64,000 nt of DNA, taken from NCBI RefSeq assembly GCF_006345805.1, contig NC_043025.1, positions 12,214,001 through 12,278,000 of the forward strand, written 5' to 3'. Numbering within the stretch: position 1 is the first letter of the stretch; each line of letters begins with the position of its first letter. The DNA comes from Octopus sinensis (taxonomy: Eukaryota). Shown here one piece after another: positions 1 through 11,647 of this stretch. The translations under genes were made by a program, and so were the position numbers. The notes beneath the pieces were generated by a model, which was not told the DNA's origin, searched no databases, and worked only from the letters and a program-made list of their open reading frames with translations.

Positions 1-223
1 TTCCCTCCCTCGTGAAGCTGTGGGGAAGGGAGTGTAAAGAAATCAACGTCGTAATGCGTTGTCAAGGAAACCAGCGTTCTTTTAGAACAACGACTTCATG
101 GCTTGAAGACACCAAAACAAAAATGGCTAAGAAAGCCCGAATTTATAAGGGAAGTAACTCTCTAAAAATGCTTATATAGTTATTTCCCTTACAAACCCGA
201 GCAACGCCGGGCGATACTGCTAG

Positions 224-829
224 TCTATATATATAAAAGAAAAGTTGTGTGAGAGTCTGTCTCCTACGATTTAGATTCCTAACTATTCCCACATTTTGCA
301 GTGCAGTTTAACCAAAAGCAGGTATCTTATAGTCGTGATTCATATCGAGCCCTTCTGGGTATTAGCGCGCGTGTACGATGAGTCTAGGATTTTAAAAAAA
401 ATTTACCATCAATTTTTCCCATTTTTAATGCATTTTTTTGCTATTATATAAGGGAAGTAACTCTCTAAAAATGTCTACGATGAGTATGATTTAAAAAAAT
501 TTACCATCATTTCTTTCCTTTTTTAATGCATTTTTTTGCTATTATATAAGGGAAGTAACTCTCTAAAAATCTCTACGATGAGTCTACGATTTAAAAAAAA
601 ATTTACCATAATTTTTTCCCATTTTTAATGCATTTTTTTGCTATTATATAAGGGAAGTAACTCTCTAAAAATGTCTATGATGAGTCTACGAAATTAAAAA
701 AAAATTTACCATAATTTTTTTCCATTTTTAATGCATTTTTTTGCTATTATATAAGGGAAGTAACTCTCTAAAAATGCTTATATAGTTATTTCCCTTACAA
801 ACCCGAGCAACACCGGGCAATACTGCTAG
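224..829 (+). mobile_element. Non-autonomous Helitron-like element, in tandem after another 3' end at ~130-223. Further copies 1133-1452, 5730-6405 (two in tandem), 7064-7443 (-, related subfamily), 12047-12373, 42300-42420 (-)
   Basis: 5' TCTATATATATAAAA start; 3' CCCGAGCAAC(G/A)CCGGG hairpin followed by CTAGT; internal ~100-bp tandem subrepeats; head-to-tail copies typical of rolling-circle elements. Confidence 0.75.
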
Positions 830-881
830 TTTGTTATAAACGAATGTTATTGGTGAGGTCTGTTTCTGCTTTATCGCATAG

Positions 882-1030
882 GTTACCATGTCTGTTTTGC
901 GAAGACAAAGAGGCGACCGTCACCTTCCATCCATGCGGACACTGTGTGCTGTGTTTGGAATGCTGTCCAAAACATCTACCAAAGCGATGCCTCAAGTGCC
1001 GGCAACCTGTATCTGGCAGAAGTGGATTTG
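882..1030 (+). CDS. RING-HC exon (149 nt) of the RING-death domain gene
   Basis: Acceptor catag at 880-881 and donor G|GTGAGA at 1031. CxxC...CGH...CxxC...CxxC pattern. Same length and phases as the RING exon at 42688-42836. Confidence 0.88.
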
Positions 1031-4000
1031 GTGAGAATACTATTCAATGATCTGTCTGTTTGTCTCGTTGACTTTGTGGTGTAGAATAATGTACTTTATT
1101 TTGTCGTGTAGATCCTGATCTGTCATAATACTCTTTGTCTCCTACGATTTAGATTCCTAACTACTCCCACATTTTGCGGTGCAGTTTAACCAAAAGCGGG
1201 TATCTTAAAGTCGTGATTCATATCGAGCCCTTCTGGGTATTAGCGTGCGTCTACGATTAGCCTACGATTTTAAAAATAATTTACCATAATTGTTTTCCAT
1301 TTTTTCCATTTCTACGATATAAAAAAAAAAAAAATCATTTTTCCGCATTTTTAATGATTTTTCCTCGGGTTATATAAGGGAAGTAACTCTCTAAAAATGC
1401 TTATATAGATATTTCCCTTACAAACCCGAGCAACGCCGGGCGATACTGCTAGTATTTTATAAAGATAAAGAAATGCTACTTCAAAGCATAAATCTTGGAA
1501 ATATTTATTTCAGATGGTCCAAAGTTGTCTGACAAGGCAGTTCAAACAGTGGCAGAGCCAGATGGTGAGTATAAAATAAGGGTACATAACTATGTTGGCC
1601 CATAGAACTCCAAAAGGAACATAGGGGTGGTTTCCCGGTCCCTCTGGCATACTCTTTTACTCTTTTACTTGTTTCGGTCATTTGACTGCGGCCATGCTGG
1701 AGCACCGCCTTTAGTCGAGCAACTCGACCCCGGGACTTATTCTTTTTTATAAGCCCAGTACTTATTCTATCGGTCTCTTTTGCCGAACCGCTAGGTGGCG
1801 GGGACGTAAACACACCAGCATCGGTTGTCAAGCAATGCTAGTGGGACAAACACAGACACACAAACACACACACATACATATATATGCAACGGGCTTCTTT
1901 TCAGTTTCCGTCTACCAAATCCACGCACAAGGCTTTGGTTGGCCTGAGGCTATAGTAGAAGACACTTGCCCAAGGTGCCACGCAGTGGGACTGAACCCAG
2001 AACCATGTGGTTGGTAAGCAAGCTACTTACCACACAGCCACTCCTGCATATATCATCATCATCATCATCATCATCATCATCGTTTAACGTCCGCTTTCCA
2101 TGCTAGCATGGGTTGGACGGTTCAACTGGATTCTGGGAAGCCAAAGGCTGCACCAAGCCCAGTTTGATCTGGCAACGTTTCTACGGCTGGATGCCCTTCC
2201 TAACGCCAACCACTCCATGAGTGTAGTGGGTGCTTTTTACGTGCCACCGGCACAGTTACGTGTCACCATATATATATATATGACAGGCTTCTTTCAGTTT
2301 CCGTCTAACATATCCACTCACAAGGCTTTGGTCGGCCCGAGGCTATAGTAGAAGATACTTGCCCAAGATGCCACGCGGTGGGACTGAACCCGGAACCATG
2401 TGGTTGGTAAACAAGCTACTTACCACACAGCCACTCCTGCGCCTATATATATTCCTCACTGGATGGGTCACTGGTTCATGGCAGGATTCCCTATTTTCAC
2501 AAGCTGAATGGGCATTGTGAAATATAGTGTTTTTCTCAAGAGCACAATGCATTGCCCAGTCCAGGAATTGAAACCACAGTCTTTAGCCTGACACCCTAAC
2601 CCCTAAAAAGTGCCTCCACTTGTTGTACCTGATTCATCATCATTGTTTAACGTCCGCTTTCCATGCTAGCATGGGTTGGACGATTTGACTGAGGACTGGC
2701 GAACCAGATGGCTGCACCAGGCTCCAATCTTCATTTGGCAGAGTTTCTACAGCCGGATGCCCTTTGTAATGCCAACCGAGAGTGTAGTGGGTGCTTTTTA
2801 CATGCCACCAGCACTGGGCCACTCAGGCGGTACTGTGCCGGTGGCACGTAAAAAGCACCCACTACACTCTCGGAAATCTGTAATATTAGTAAAGACAAAT
2901 TCCACTATAAAACGTAAAATTTAGAAATATTCATTTCAGAGATTCCAAAGCCTGTGAAGAAGCCCCTGAAGAAATCGCAGAGTATAGGTAAGTGTAAAAT
3001 AACAGTAGCTAATTGTTCTCTATAAACTTCACCTGCAGGTGGGGCATAATTTGTTTGTGAGTGGCTTCTGTGCCGGTGGCACATAAAAAGCACCATCCGA
3101 ACGTGGCCAATGCCAGCGCCACCTTGGCTGGCTTCCGTGCCGGTGGCACGTTAAAAGCACCAACCGATCGTTGCTGATGCCAGACCTCCCTGGCACCTGT
3201 GCAGGTAGCACGTAAAAAGCACCCACTACACTCGCGGAGTGGTTGGCGTTAGGAAGGGCATCCAGCTGTAGAAACATGCTAGCATGGGTTGGACGGTTCG
3301 ACCGGGGTCTGGGAAGCCAGGGGCTGCACCAGGCTCCAGTCTGATCTGGCAGTGTTTCTACAGCTGGATGCCCTTCCTAATGCCAACCACTCCGCGAGTG
3401 TAGTGGGTGCTTTTTACGTGCTACCTGCACAGGTGCCAGGGGGATTCGGCATCGGCCACGATCGGTTGGAGCTTTTAATGTGCCACCGGCACGGAAGCCA
3501 GCCAAGGCGGCACTGGCAACGGCCACGTTTGGATGATGCTTTTTATGTGTCACCGGCACAGAAGCCAGTCGAGGTGGTGCTGGCATCGGCCACGTTCGGA
3601 TGGTGCTTTTTGTGCTACCGGCACAGAAGCCAGTAGGGGCGGCGCTGGCAACGGCCACATTCGGATGGTGCTTTTTATGTGCCACCGGCACAGAAGCCAG
3701 TCGAGGCGGCGCTGGCAACGGCCACGTTCAGATGCTGCTTTTTATGTGCCACCGGCACAGGTATCACAACTACTATTTCCATTGATATTTATTGTAAGTA
3801 CTAAAACGTTTTCAGCTACTACACCCTATATGTTTGTCTGTATTTGTATGTCCCCTCTATGTAATGCCTTAATGGCGAATTTTCATAAAATAAAGTAGTT
3901 TGCATCGTCTTGAAATTGGAATTGTTGTAGGCTGCACAATATCGGTCCTTTTGGTTGTGCTTGTTATGGGTTCAAATTCCGCCGAGGTCGACTTTGTCTT

Positions 4001-6528
4001 TCATCCTTTCGTTACGTGGGACCATGATAGAAAGTAAAATGCAGACCAAAACCGTAGTGGTCACCAGTTGACCATTGACGATAGGAATGTCTGACAATAA
4101 TCATCATCATCATCATCATCGTTTAACGTCCGCTTTCCATGCTAGCACGGGTTGGACGGTTCAACTGGGGTCTGGGAAGCCCGAAGGCTGCACCAGGCCA
4201 GTCAGATCTGGCAGTGTTTCTACAGCTGGATGCCCTTCCTAACGCCAACCACTCCGTGAGTGTAGTGGGTACTTTTTATGTGCCACCGACACAGGTGCCA
4301 GACGAGGCTGGCAAACGGCCACGCTCGGATGGTGTTTTTTTTTATGTGCCATGAACACAGGTGCCAGACGAGGTTGGTGAACGGCGACGCTCGGATGGTG
4401 TTTTTTACGTGCCACCGGCATGGAGGCTAGGCGAGGCTGGCAGACGGCCACACTCGGATGGTGTTTTTTATGTCCCACCGACAAAGGTGCCAGACGAGGT
4501 TGGCGAACGGCCACGATCGGATGGTGTTTGTTATGTGCCCACAGCACGGAGGCCAGTCGATGCGGTACTGGCTACGGCCACGTTCGGATGGTCTTCTTAT
4601 GTGCCACCAGCACTGGTACCACAAGAATACAAATTCCATTGATGTTCATCGATTTTGATTTGATTTTTAGATTATTTATAGTGATAGTAAGTCAAATCAA
4701 ATCAAATAGATGAACATCAATGGAATTTGTATCCTTGTGGTACCAGTGCTGGTGGCACATAAGAAAACCATCCGAACGGGACCGTAGTCAGTACCGCATC
4801 GACTGGCCCCGTGCTGTGGGCACGTAACAAACACCATCCGATCGTAGCCGTTCGCCAGCCTCATCTGGCACCTGTGTCGGTGGCACATAAAAAACACCAT
4901 TCGAGCGTGATCGTCTGATAACACCATCCGAGCGTGGCCCTCTGCCAGCCTCATCTGGCACCTGTGTCGGTGGTACATAAAAAACACCATTCGAGCGTGA
5001 CCGTCTGATAACACCATCCGAGCGTGGCTGTCTGCCAGCCTCATCTGGCACCTGTGTCGGTGGCACATAAAAAACACCATTCGAGCGTGACCGTCTGATA
5101 ACACCATCCGAGCGTGGCCGTCTGCCAGCCTCGTCTGGCACCTGTGTCGGTGGCATATAAAATCACCCACTACACTCGCGGAGTGGTTGGCGTTAGGAAG
5201 GGCATCCAGCTGTAGAAACACTGCCAGATCAGACTGGAGCCTGGGGCAGACCCTGGCTCCCCAGACCCGGTCGAACCGTCCAACCCGTGCTAGCGCGGAA
5301 AACAACGTTTAAACGATGATGATGATGATGATGATGATATGGAAATTTTACAATGAATTATAAAACTTTGGAACTATTTATTTCAGAGAGTTCAAACCTG
5401 GAGGAGAATCATCTTCTGAGGGTGGCTAAGAATTTAGGAAGTAACTGGTGGCAAGTGGGTGAGTATACGATACCAGTACCTAATATATTTCTGTGAATTT
5501 TACCTTCACCTGAGATATTTTGTTTATATATATATAAGAAAATATTGTATCATGAATAGTGATTGCGAAACCGGTCGATACATTAAAAATTATACTATAA
5601 CCATGTAAGTGTGCGTATTTTCCGTTTTTATTTTCTTATATAGGTTCCATTCCTAATTTCTAATTGATAGCTTAACTGATTTTATTAAAGAAATTACTGA
5701 AATTTCATGAAATATCCACTGGTTGGTAATCTTTATATATAAAAGAGAAGTTGTGTGTCTGTCTGTCCCCTTCGATTTAGATTCCCAACTACTCCCACAT
5801 TTTGCGGTGCAGTTTAACCAAAACCGGGTATCTTATAGTCGTGATTCATATCGATCCCTTCTGGGTATTAGCACACGTCTACGATTTTAAAAAATTTACC
5901 ATCATTTTTTCCCCATTTTTAATGCATTTTTTTGCTATTATATAAGGGAAGTAACTCTCTAAAAATGCTTATATAGTTATTTCCCTTACAAACCCGAGCA
6001 ACGCCAGGAGATACTGCATGTCTCTATATATAAAAGTAAAGTTGTGTGAGTGTCTGTCTCCTACGATTTAGATTCCTAACTACTCCCACATTTTGCTGTG
6101 CAGTTTAACCAAAACCGGGTATCTTATAGTCGTGATTCATATCGAGCCCTTCTGGGTATTAGCACACGTCTACGATTTAAAAAAAAATTTACCATCAATA
6201 TTTTCCATTTTTAATGCATTTTTGGCATATATAAGGGAAGTAACTCTCTAAAAATGTATTATTAAATCTCAGAACTTTAAAAGCTACAATAACACCCCAC
6301 TTTGTGGTTAGCCATATTGGGATGGCTATTATACTTTACATCTCTAAAAATGCTTATATAGTTATTTCCCTTACAAACCCGAGCAACGCCAGGCAATACT
6401 GCTAGTAATGGATAAACTAGAAGACACAAATAATATTAACTAGCACTATGACCTACAGAAAGGGACACAGAAAACAAGGAGAGAAACAAGGGGAGAAAAA
6501 AATGTGTGTAGTGGCTAACGATCTGCCA

Positions 6529-6559
<31 letters not shown>

Positions 6560-7452
6560 GTAGTAGTAGTAACAGAAAAAAGGAATTTTGGTTGTCCCCA
6601 CGTGGTGGAATGTAACGTATATAAGAAAATAAAAACGGAAAATACGCACACTTACATGGTTATAGTATAATTTTTAATGTATCGACCGGTTTCGCAATCA
6701 CTATTCATGATACAATATTTTCTTATATATATATATATATATATATTTATAAATGAGGGTGAAAAATTGATATTAATTTAATAATACCATTAATTTAACA
6801 CCGAGTGGCTTAGCACAAAAAACTACGGAGAAAATACAAATTTATACATAAATTATTAGAGAGTTAACCACTATGTGGATAACTCTAGTGCTAAAAATAG
6901 CCCCGATAGTATAGCCACAGAAAAAGATGTTTCCAACTAGAAGTAACATACATTTAACGGAAGGAAAGTGAAATATAACGAAATTCATTATATAACTAGA
7001 GTTATCCACATAGTGGTTAACTCTCTAATAATTTATGTATATATATATATATATATATATATACTAGCAGTATCGCCCGGCGTTGCTCGGGTTTGTAAGG
7101 GAAATAACTATAAAGCATTTTTAGAGAGTTATAGCCAAAAAATAGCAAAAAAATGGTTAAAAAAATGATGGTAATTTTTTTTGGATAGTTAAAAAGGTGG
7201 AGTTGCGTCCCCTAGACCATCTGTGGTTTGTGTTTCTGATTGTCGACCCCATGTCGAATTTATCGATCTTTTTCAGAACTGGGGGAACTTTTCAAAATTT
7301 TCGCTGCGTTAGTTTTGAATTATGACATTGGGCTATGTGTGTGTCAAGTTTCATCAGAATCGGTTGAAAGCCGTGGTCAGGGTGAGGGTACAACCAAACA
7401 GACACACAGAAACACACACAGACAAACTGCCGTTTATATAGATATATATATA

Positions 7453-7490
<38 letters not shown>

Positions 7491-7949
7491 CAGGCTTCTT
7501 TCAGTTTCTGTCTACCAAATCCACTCATAAGGCTTTGGTCGGAGTGAGGTTATAGAAGACACTTGTCCAAGGTGCCACGCAGTGGGACTGAACCCGGAAC
7601 CATGTGTGGTTGCGAAGCAGACTACTTGCCACACAGCCACACGTTTCTTTGCTATACATCTTTTGTATCATCGTTAACGTTGTTGCAGTCATTTCTTATT
7701 TTTTTTGTATCTTTTGCAGGTATTTTCTTGGAAATTAAATACAACCAACTGGATATCATCAAGAGTAACAATGTCAACAACACTGAAGAACAGGGCTTCC
7801 AGATGCTTCACAAATGGTTTACGAGCTGTGATCCGGAGAAGCGTACACTCAGAACACTAAGGGACGCTCTTAGAGAAGCTGAGTGTTTTGCTGCACTCCA
7901 GTGTCTACCATCAGACACAGAGCGTGTTTCTGGGATCTTTTCCATTTGA
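882..7949 (+). CDS. 3' portion of a RING-HC + death-domain protein gene (Mind-bomb-related family); 5' exons lie upstream of the window. Exons 882-1030, 1514-1564, 2940-2987, 5387-5458, 7720-7949
   Basis: All introns are GT-AG with compatible phases (entry phase 2, then 1,1,1,1). Spliced product: LPCLFCEDKEATVTFHPCGHCVLCLECCPKHLPKRCLKCRQPVSGRSGF-DGPKLSDKAVQTVAEPD-EIPKPVKKPLKKSQSI-ESSNLEENHLLRVAKNLGSNWWQV-GIFLEIKYNQLDIIKSNNVNNTEEQGFQMLHKWFTSCDPEKRTLRTLRDALREAECFAALQCL...*. Confidence 0.85.
1514..1564 (+). CDS. 51-nt phase 1-1 linker exon
   Basis: tttatttcag|ATGG...GATG|gtgagt; open in the expected frame. Confidence 0.75.
1652..2048 (-). mobile_element. tRNA-derived SINE with a CORE-like block and an internal (TA)n/(TG)n tract. 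Many copies, e.g. 8120-8510(+), 13885-14250(-), 16940-17335(+), 23660-24035(-), 24925-25302(+), 45755-46155(+), 47870-48290(+), 49690-50085(-), 52520-52895(+), 53360-53762(-), 57450-57826(-), 60528-60898(-)
   Basis: Head GCAGGAGTGGCTGTGTGGTAAG (A box) ... GGTTCAGTCCC (B box); CCTTGGGCAAGT block as in the MIR core; AAAGAGT-repeat tail. Boundaries approximate. Confidence 0.85.
2940..2987 (+). CDS. 48-nt phase 1-1 Lys/Pro-rich linker exon
   Basis: tcatttcag|AGATT...ATAG|gtaagt; encodes EIPKPVKKPLKKSQSI. Confidence 0.75.
4100..5338. mobile_element. Two divergent copies (4100-4665 and 4708-5338) of a (GAT)n-tailed non-autonomous retroelement with 64-66-bp internal subrepeats. Other copies at 2063-2262, 3050-3790, 13103-13420, 22885-23190, 41479-42178, 46550-46985, 61430-61755
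   Basis: Conserved GTTGGCGTTAGGAAGGGCATCCAGCTGTAGAAAC...GGACGTTAAACGATGATGAT 3' end; variable copy number of GTGCCGGTGGCACRTAAAAAGCACC units. Confidence 0.8.
5387..5458 (+). CDS. Death-domain exon 1 (72 nt)
   Basis: tatttcag|AGAG...GTGG|gtgagt; LLRVAKNLGSNWWQV matches death-fold helices 1-2 (LxxxAxxLGxxW). Confidence 0.82.
7720..7949 (+). CDS. Death-domain exon 2 (terminal)
   Basis: ttttgcag|GT acceptor; G-LxIxxxxLDxI...EEQxFQMLxxW...TLxxLxxAL death-domain pattern; TGA at 7947-7949. Confidence 0.85.
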
Positions 7950-8755
7950 GCGGCAGTTTTTTCTAGCAGTGTCATATGAAATTGTCACCCATAATTATGA
8001 CCCTAGTATCGATCTATTGCATTTCAATCTGTTTTAGGGTTAGGGTTAGGGGGAAGGGTATCTTTTTTCCTTCACAAATGTAAATAAGCCCAATCTGTTT
8101 CTTAAACGAGGGACATATTAGGCGCAGGAGTGGCTGTGTGGTAAGTAGCTTGCTTACCAACCACATGGTTTCAGGTTCATTCCCACAGCATGGCATCTTG
8201 GGCAAGTGCCTTCTGCTATAGCCACGGGCTGACCAAAGCCTTGTGAGTAGATTTGGTAGATGGAAACTGAAAGAAGCCTGTAGTATATATGTATATATAT
8301 ATATGTTTGTGTTTGTGTGTCTGTGTTTGTCCCCCTAGCATAGCTTGACAACCAATGCTGTTGTGTTTACGTCCCTGTCATTTAGTGGTTTGGCAAAAGA
8401 GACCGATAGAATAAGTACTGGGCTTAGAATAATTCCCGGGGTTGATTTGCCCAACTAAAGGCGGTGCTCCAGCATGGCTGCAGTCAAATGGCTGAAACAA
8501 GTAAAAGAGTAATGTGTAAAGAGAGTATATTCATACGGCACAGAATGTTTTTTACCTTAATAGACGTCAGTGATTGGTTGAAATTGCAGAAATTGAAGAA
8601 AGAAAACAACAAATATCTTACAAACTATAGAATTTTCTCAAGAAAGCCAAGAGAAAAAGATGTTTTATGAACACATTCTACCAGTATACGAAGTTTAAAA
8701 GTGTTTAGTTACAAAGAAGTTATGTTAAAAACTGCCGTTCAAACCGAAAAGACCC
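7932..8755. mobile_element. MITE-like element with imperfect ~29-bp inverted ends, containing a nested SINE
   Basis: GGGATCTTTTCCATTTGAGCGGCAGTTTTT at 7932 versus AAAAACTGCCGTTCAAACCGAAAAGACCC at 8727-8755; the same end sequence occurs at ~26364, 52955 and 57218. No TSD seen. Confidence 0.55.
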
Positions 8756-9109
8756 AATTTCTGAGTGAATGTTTTTCAGTCCAAGGTCAACCATGACCAA
8801 ACGATAACCTCTGGCCGAATGCCATCCATCCCAAACCATTTTTTAATCCCAAGTATAGAGAATGCTTAGCCACATTGCCCAATGTGTCCTTTAAGGTGGT
8901 AAGGTGTGGAGTGAAGATTTAGCTACTACTTCTAGCAGATCTATCTACCACATAGAGACCCCCTTTTACTGGTTTGGCTCCCTTGTTGTTAGAGAATAAC
9001 TTTTGAAATAAAGGAAATCTTTGAAATGTTTATTTGTTGTTGTTGTTAGTCCAGGCACCTCCCTAAACACTTCCGTCGTCATAGAGACAGTTTTAAAATC
9101 CTGAGGACC

Positions 9110-10908
9110 TATTCCTTTATTACCCACAAGGGGCTAAACACAGAGGGGACAAACAAGGACAGACTCGGCGGAATTTGAACTCAGAACGTAACTGCAGAAG
9201 AAATACCTATTTCTTTACTACCCACAAGGGGCTAAACACAGAGGGGAGGACAAACAAGGACAGACATAGGTATTAAGTCGATTACATCGACCCCAGTGCG
9301 TAACTGGTACTTAATTTATCAACCCCGAAAGGATGAAAGGCAAAGTCGACCTCGGCGGAATTTGAGCTCAGAACGTAACGGCAGACGAAATACCTATTTC
9401 TTTATTACCCACAAGGGGTAAACATAGAGGGGACAAACAAGGACAGACATAGGTATTAAGTCGATTGCATCGACCCCGGTGTGTAACTGGTACTTAATTT
9501 ATCGACCCTGAAAGGATGAAAGGCAAAGTCGACTTCGGCGGAATTTGAACTCAGAACATAGCGGCAGACGAAATACCTATTTCTTTATTACCCACAAGGG
9601 GCTAAACACAGAGGGGACAAACAAGGACAGACATAGGTATTAAGTCGATTAGATCGACCCCAGTGCGTAACTGGTACTTAATTTATCGACCCCGAAAGGA
9701 TGAAAGGCAAAGTCGACCTCGGCAGAATTTGAACACAGAATGTAAAGACAGAGGAAATACCTATTTCTTTATTACCCACAAGGGGCTAAACACAGAGGGG
9801 AAAAACAAGGACAGACATAGGTATCAAGTCGATTAGATCGACCCCAGTGCGTAACTGGTACTTAATTTATCAACCCCGAAAGGATGAAAGGCAAAGTCGA
9901 CCTCGGCAGAATTTGAACACAGAATGTAAAGACAGAGGAAATACCTATTTCTTTATTACCCACAAGGGGCTAAACACAGAGGGGACAAACAAGGACAGAC
10001 ATAGGTATTAAGTCGATTACATCGACCCCAGTGCGTAACTGGTACTTAATTTATCGACCCCAAAAGGATGAAAGGCAAAGTCGACCTTGGCGGAATTTGA
10101 ACTCACAACGTAACGGCAGACGAAATACCTATTTCTTTATTACCCACAAGGGGCTAAACACAGAGGGGACAAACAAGGACAGACATAGGTATTAAGTCGA
10201 TTAGATCGACCCCAGTGCGTAACTGGTACTTAATTTATCGACCCCGAAAGGATGAAAGGCAAAGTCGACCTCGGCAGAATTTGAACACAGAATGTAAAGA
10301 CAGAGGAAATACCTATTTCTTTATTACCCACAAGGGGCTAAACACAGAGGGGAAAAACAAGGACAGACATAGGTATCAAGTCGATTAGATCGACCCCAGT
10401 GTGTAACTGGTACTTAATTTATCAACCCCGAAAGGATGAAAGGCAAAGTCGACCTCGGCAGAATTGAACACAGAATGTAAAGACAGAGGAAATACCTATT
10501 TCTTTATTACCCACAAGGGGCTAAACACAGAGGGGACAAACAAGGACAGACATAGGTATTACGATTAGATCGACCCCAGTGCGTAACTGGTACTTAATTT
10601 ATCGACCCCGAAAGGATGAAAGGCAAAGTCGACCTCGGCAGAATTTGAACACAGAATGTAAAGACAGAGGAAATACCTATTTCTTTATTACCCACAAGGG
10701 GCTAAACACAGAGGGGAAAAACAAGGACAGACATAGGTATCAAGTCGATTACATCGACCCCAGTGCGTAACTGGTACTTAATTTATCAACCCCGAAAGGA
10801 TGAAAGGCAAAGTCAACCTCGGCAGAATTTGAACTCACAACGTAACAGCAGATAAAATACCGCTAAGCATTTCGCCTGGCATGCTAACGTCTCTGCCAGC
10901 TCGCCGCC
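9110..10908 (-). repeat. ~184-bp x ~10 concatemer of a second tRNA-derived SINE body; similar arrays at 28600-29250 and 56278-56795, monomer at 15612-15792
   Basis: Units start TATTTCTTTA(T/C)TACCCAC at 9208, 9395, 9578, 9762, 9946, 10130, 10314, 10497 and 10678. A single SINE head lies at ~10860-10908. B box GAGTTCAAATTC on the - strand. Confidence 0.88.
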
Positions 10909-11120
10909 ATTAAAATCCTGAGTACCATTGACAGAGTGGCTAACCGGCTTCCGTGCCAGCGGCACTCAAAAGGCACCATTCGAGCGTGATCGCTACCAGC
11001 GTCGCCTTACTGGCACTCGAGCCCCGTGCTAGTGGGGTGCTAAGAGCACCATCCGAGCGTGATCGTTGCCAGAGCGGCTAACTGGCTTCTGTGCCGGTGG
11101 CACGTAAAAGGCACCATTCG

Positions 11121-11245
11121 AGAAGAAGGAGAAGGAGAAGAAGAAGAAGAAGAAGAAGAAGAAAAAGAAGAAGAAGAAGGAGAGGAAGAAGAAGAAGAAG
11201 AAGAAGGAGAAGGAGGTGGAGAAGAGGAAGAGGAAGAAGAACAGC
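11121..11245. repeat. (GAA/GAG)n purine tract; long (TA)n-rich tracts at 11440-11690, 16165-16680, 54260-54610 and 55240-55885
   Basis: Seen directly in the sequence. Confidence 0.95.
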
Positions 11246-11597
11246 AGCAACGTCAAAAGTGTGGGGGGGAACTATGTCTGGAAGTGTAGAGTCACCATAG
11301 CAACGAACATAAAATGAAAAAAGGAAAAGTCTGTTGTCAAGGGCAACGAGACATTTTTCCCATTAAAAGATAGTTTGGCCAACAAGAAAATATGGGGATT
11401 ATATTTCACACACACAGTTATCACATACACCTATTATATACATATGTATATATGTGTATATATATACATATATATATATATATATTATATATATAATATA
11501 TATATAATATACACAAATATATATACACACACACACATGTATGTACATACATATATATTATATATATACACACACATATATATATATATACACACAC

Positions 11598-11647
<50 letters not shown>

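Noticed and set aside
8034-8051. TTAGGG x3 telomere-like repeat
   Set aside because: Internal to a dispersed repeat also seen near 57200; too short for a telomere relic.
11029-11300. Glu-, Arg- or Phe-rich ORFs
   Set aside because: Translation of a (GAA/GAG)n microsatellite; no splice context.
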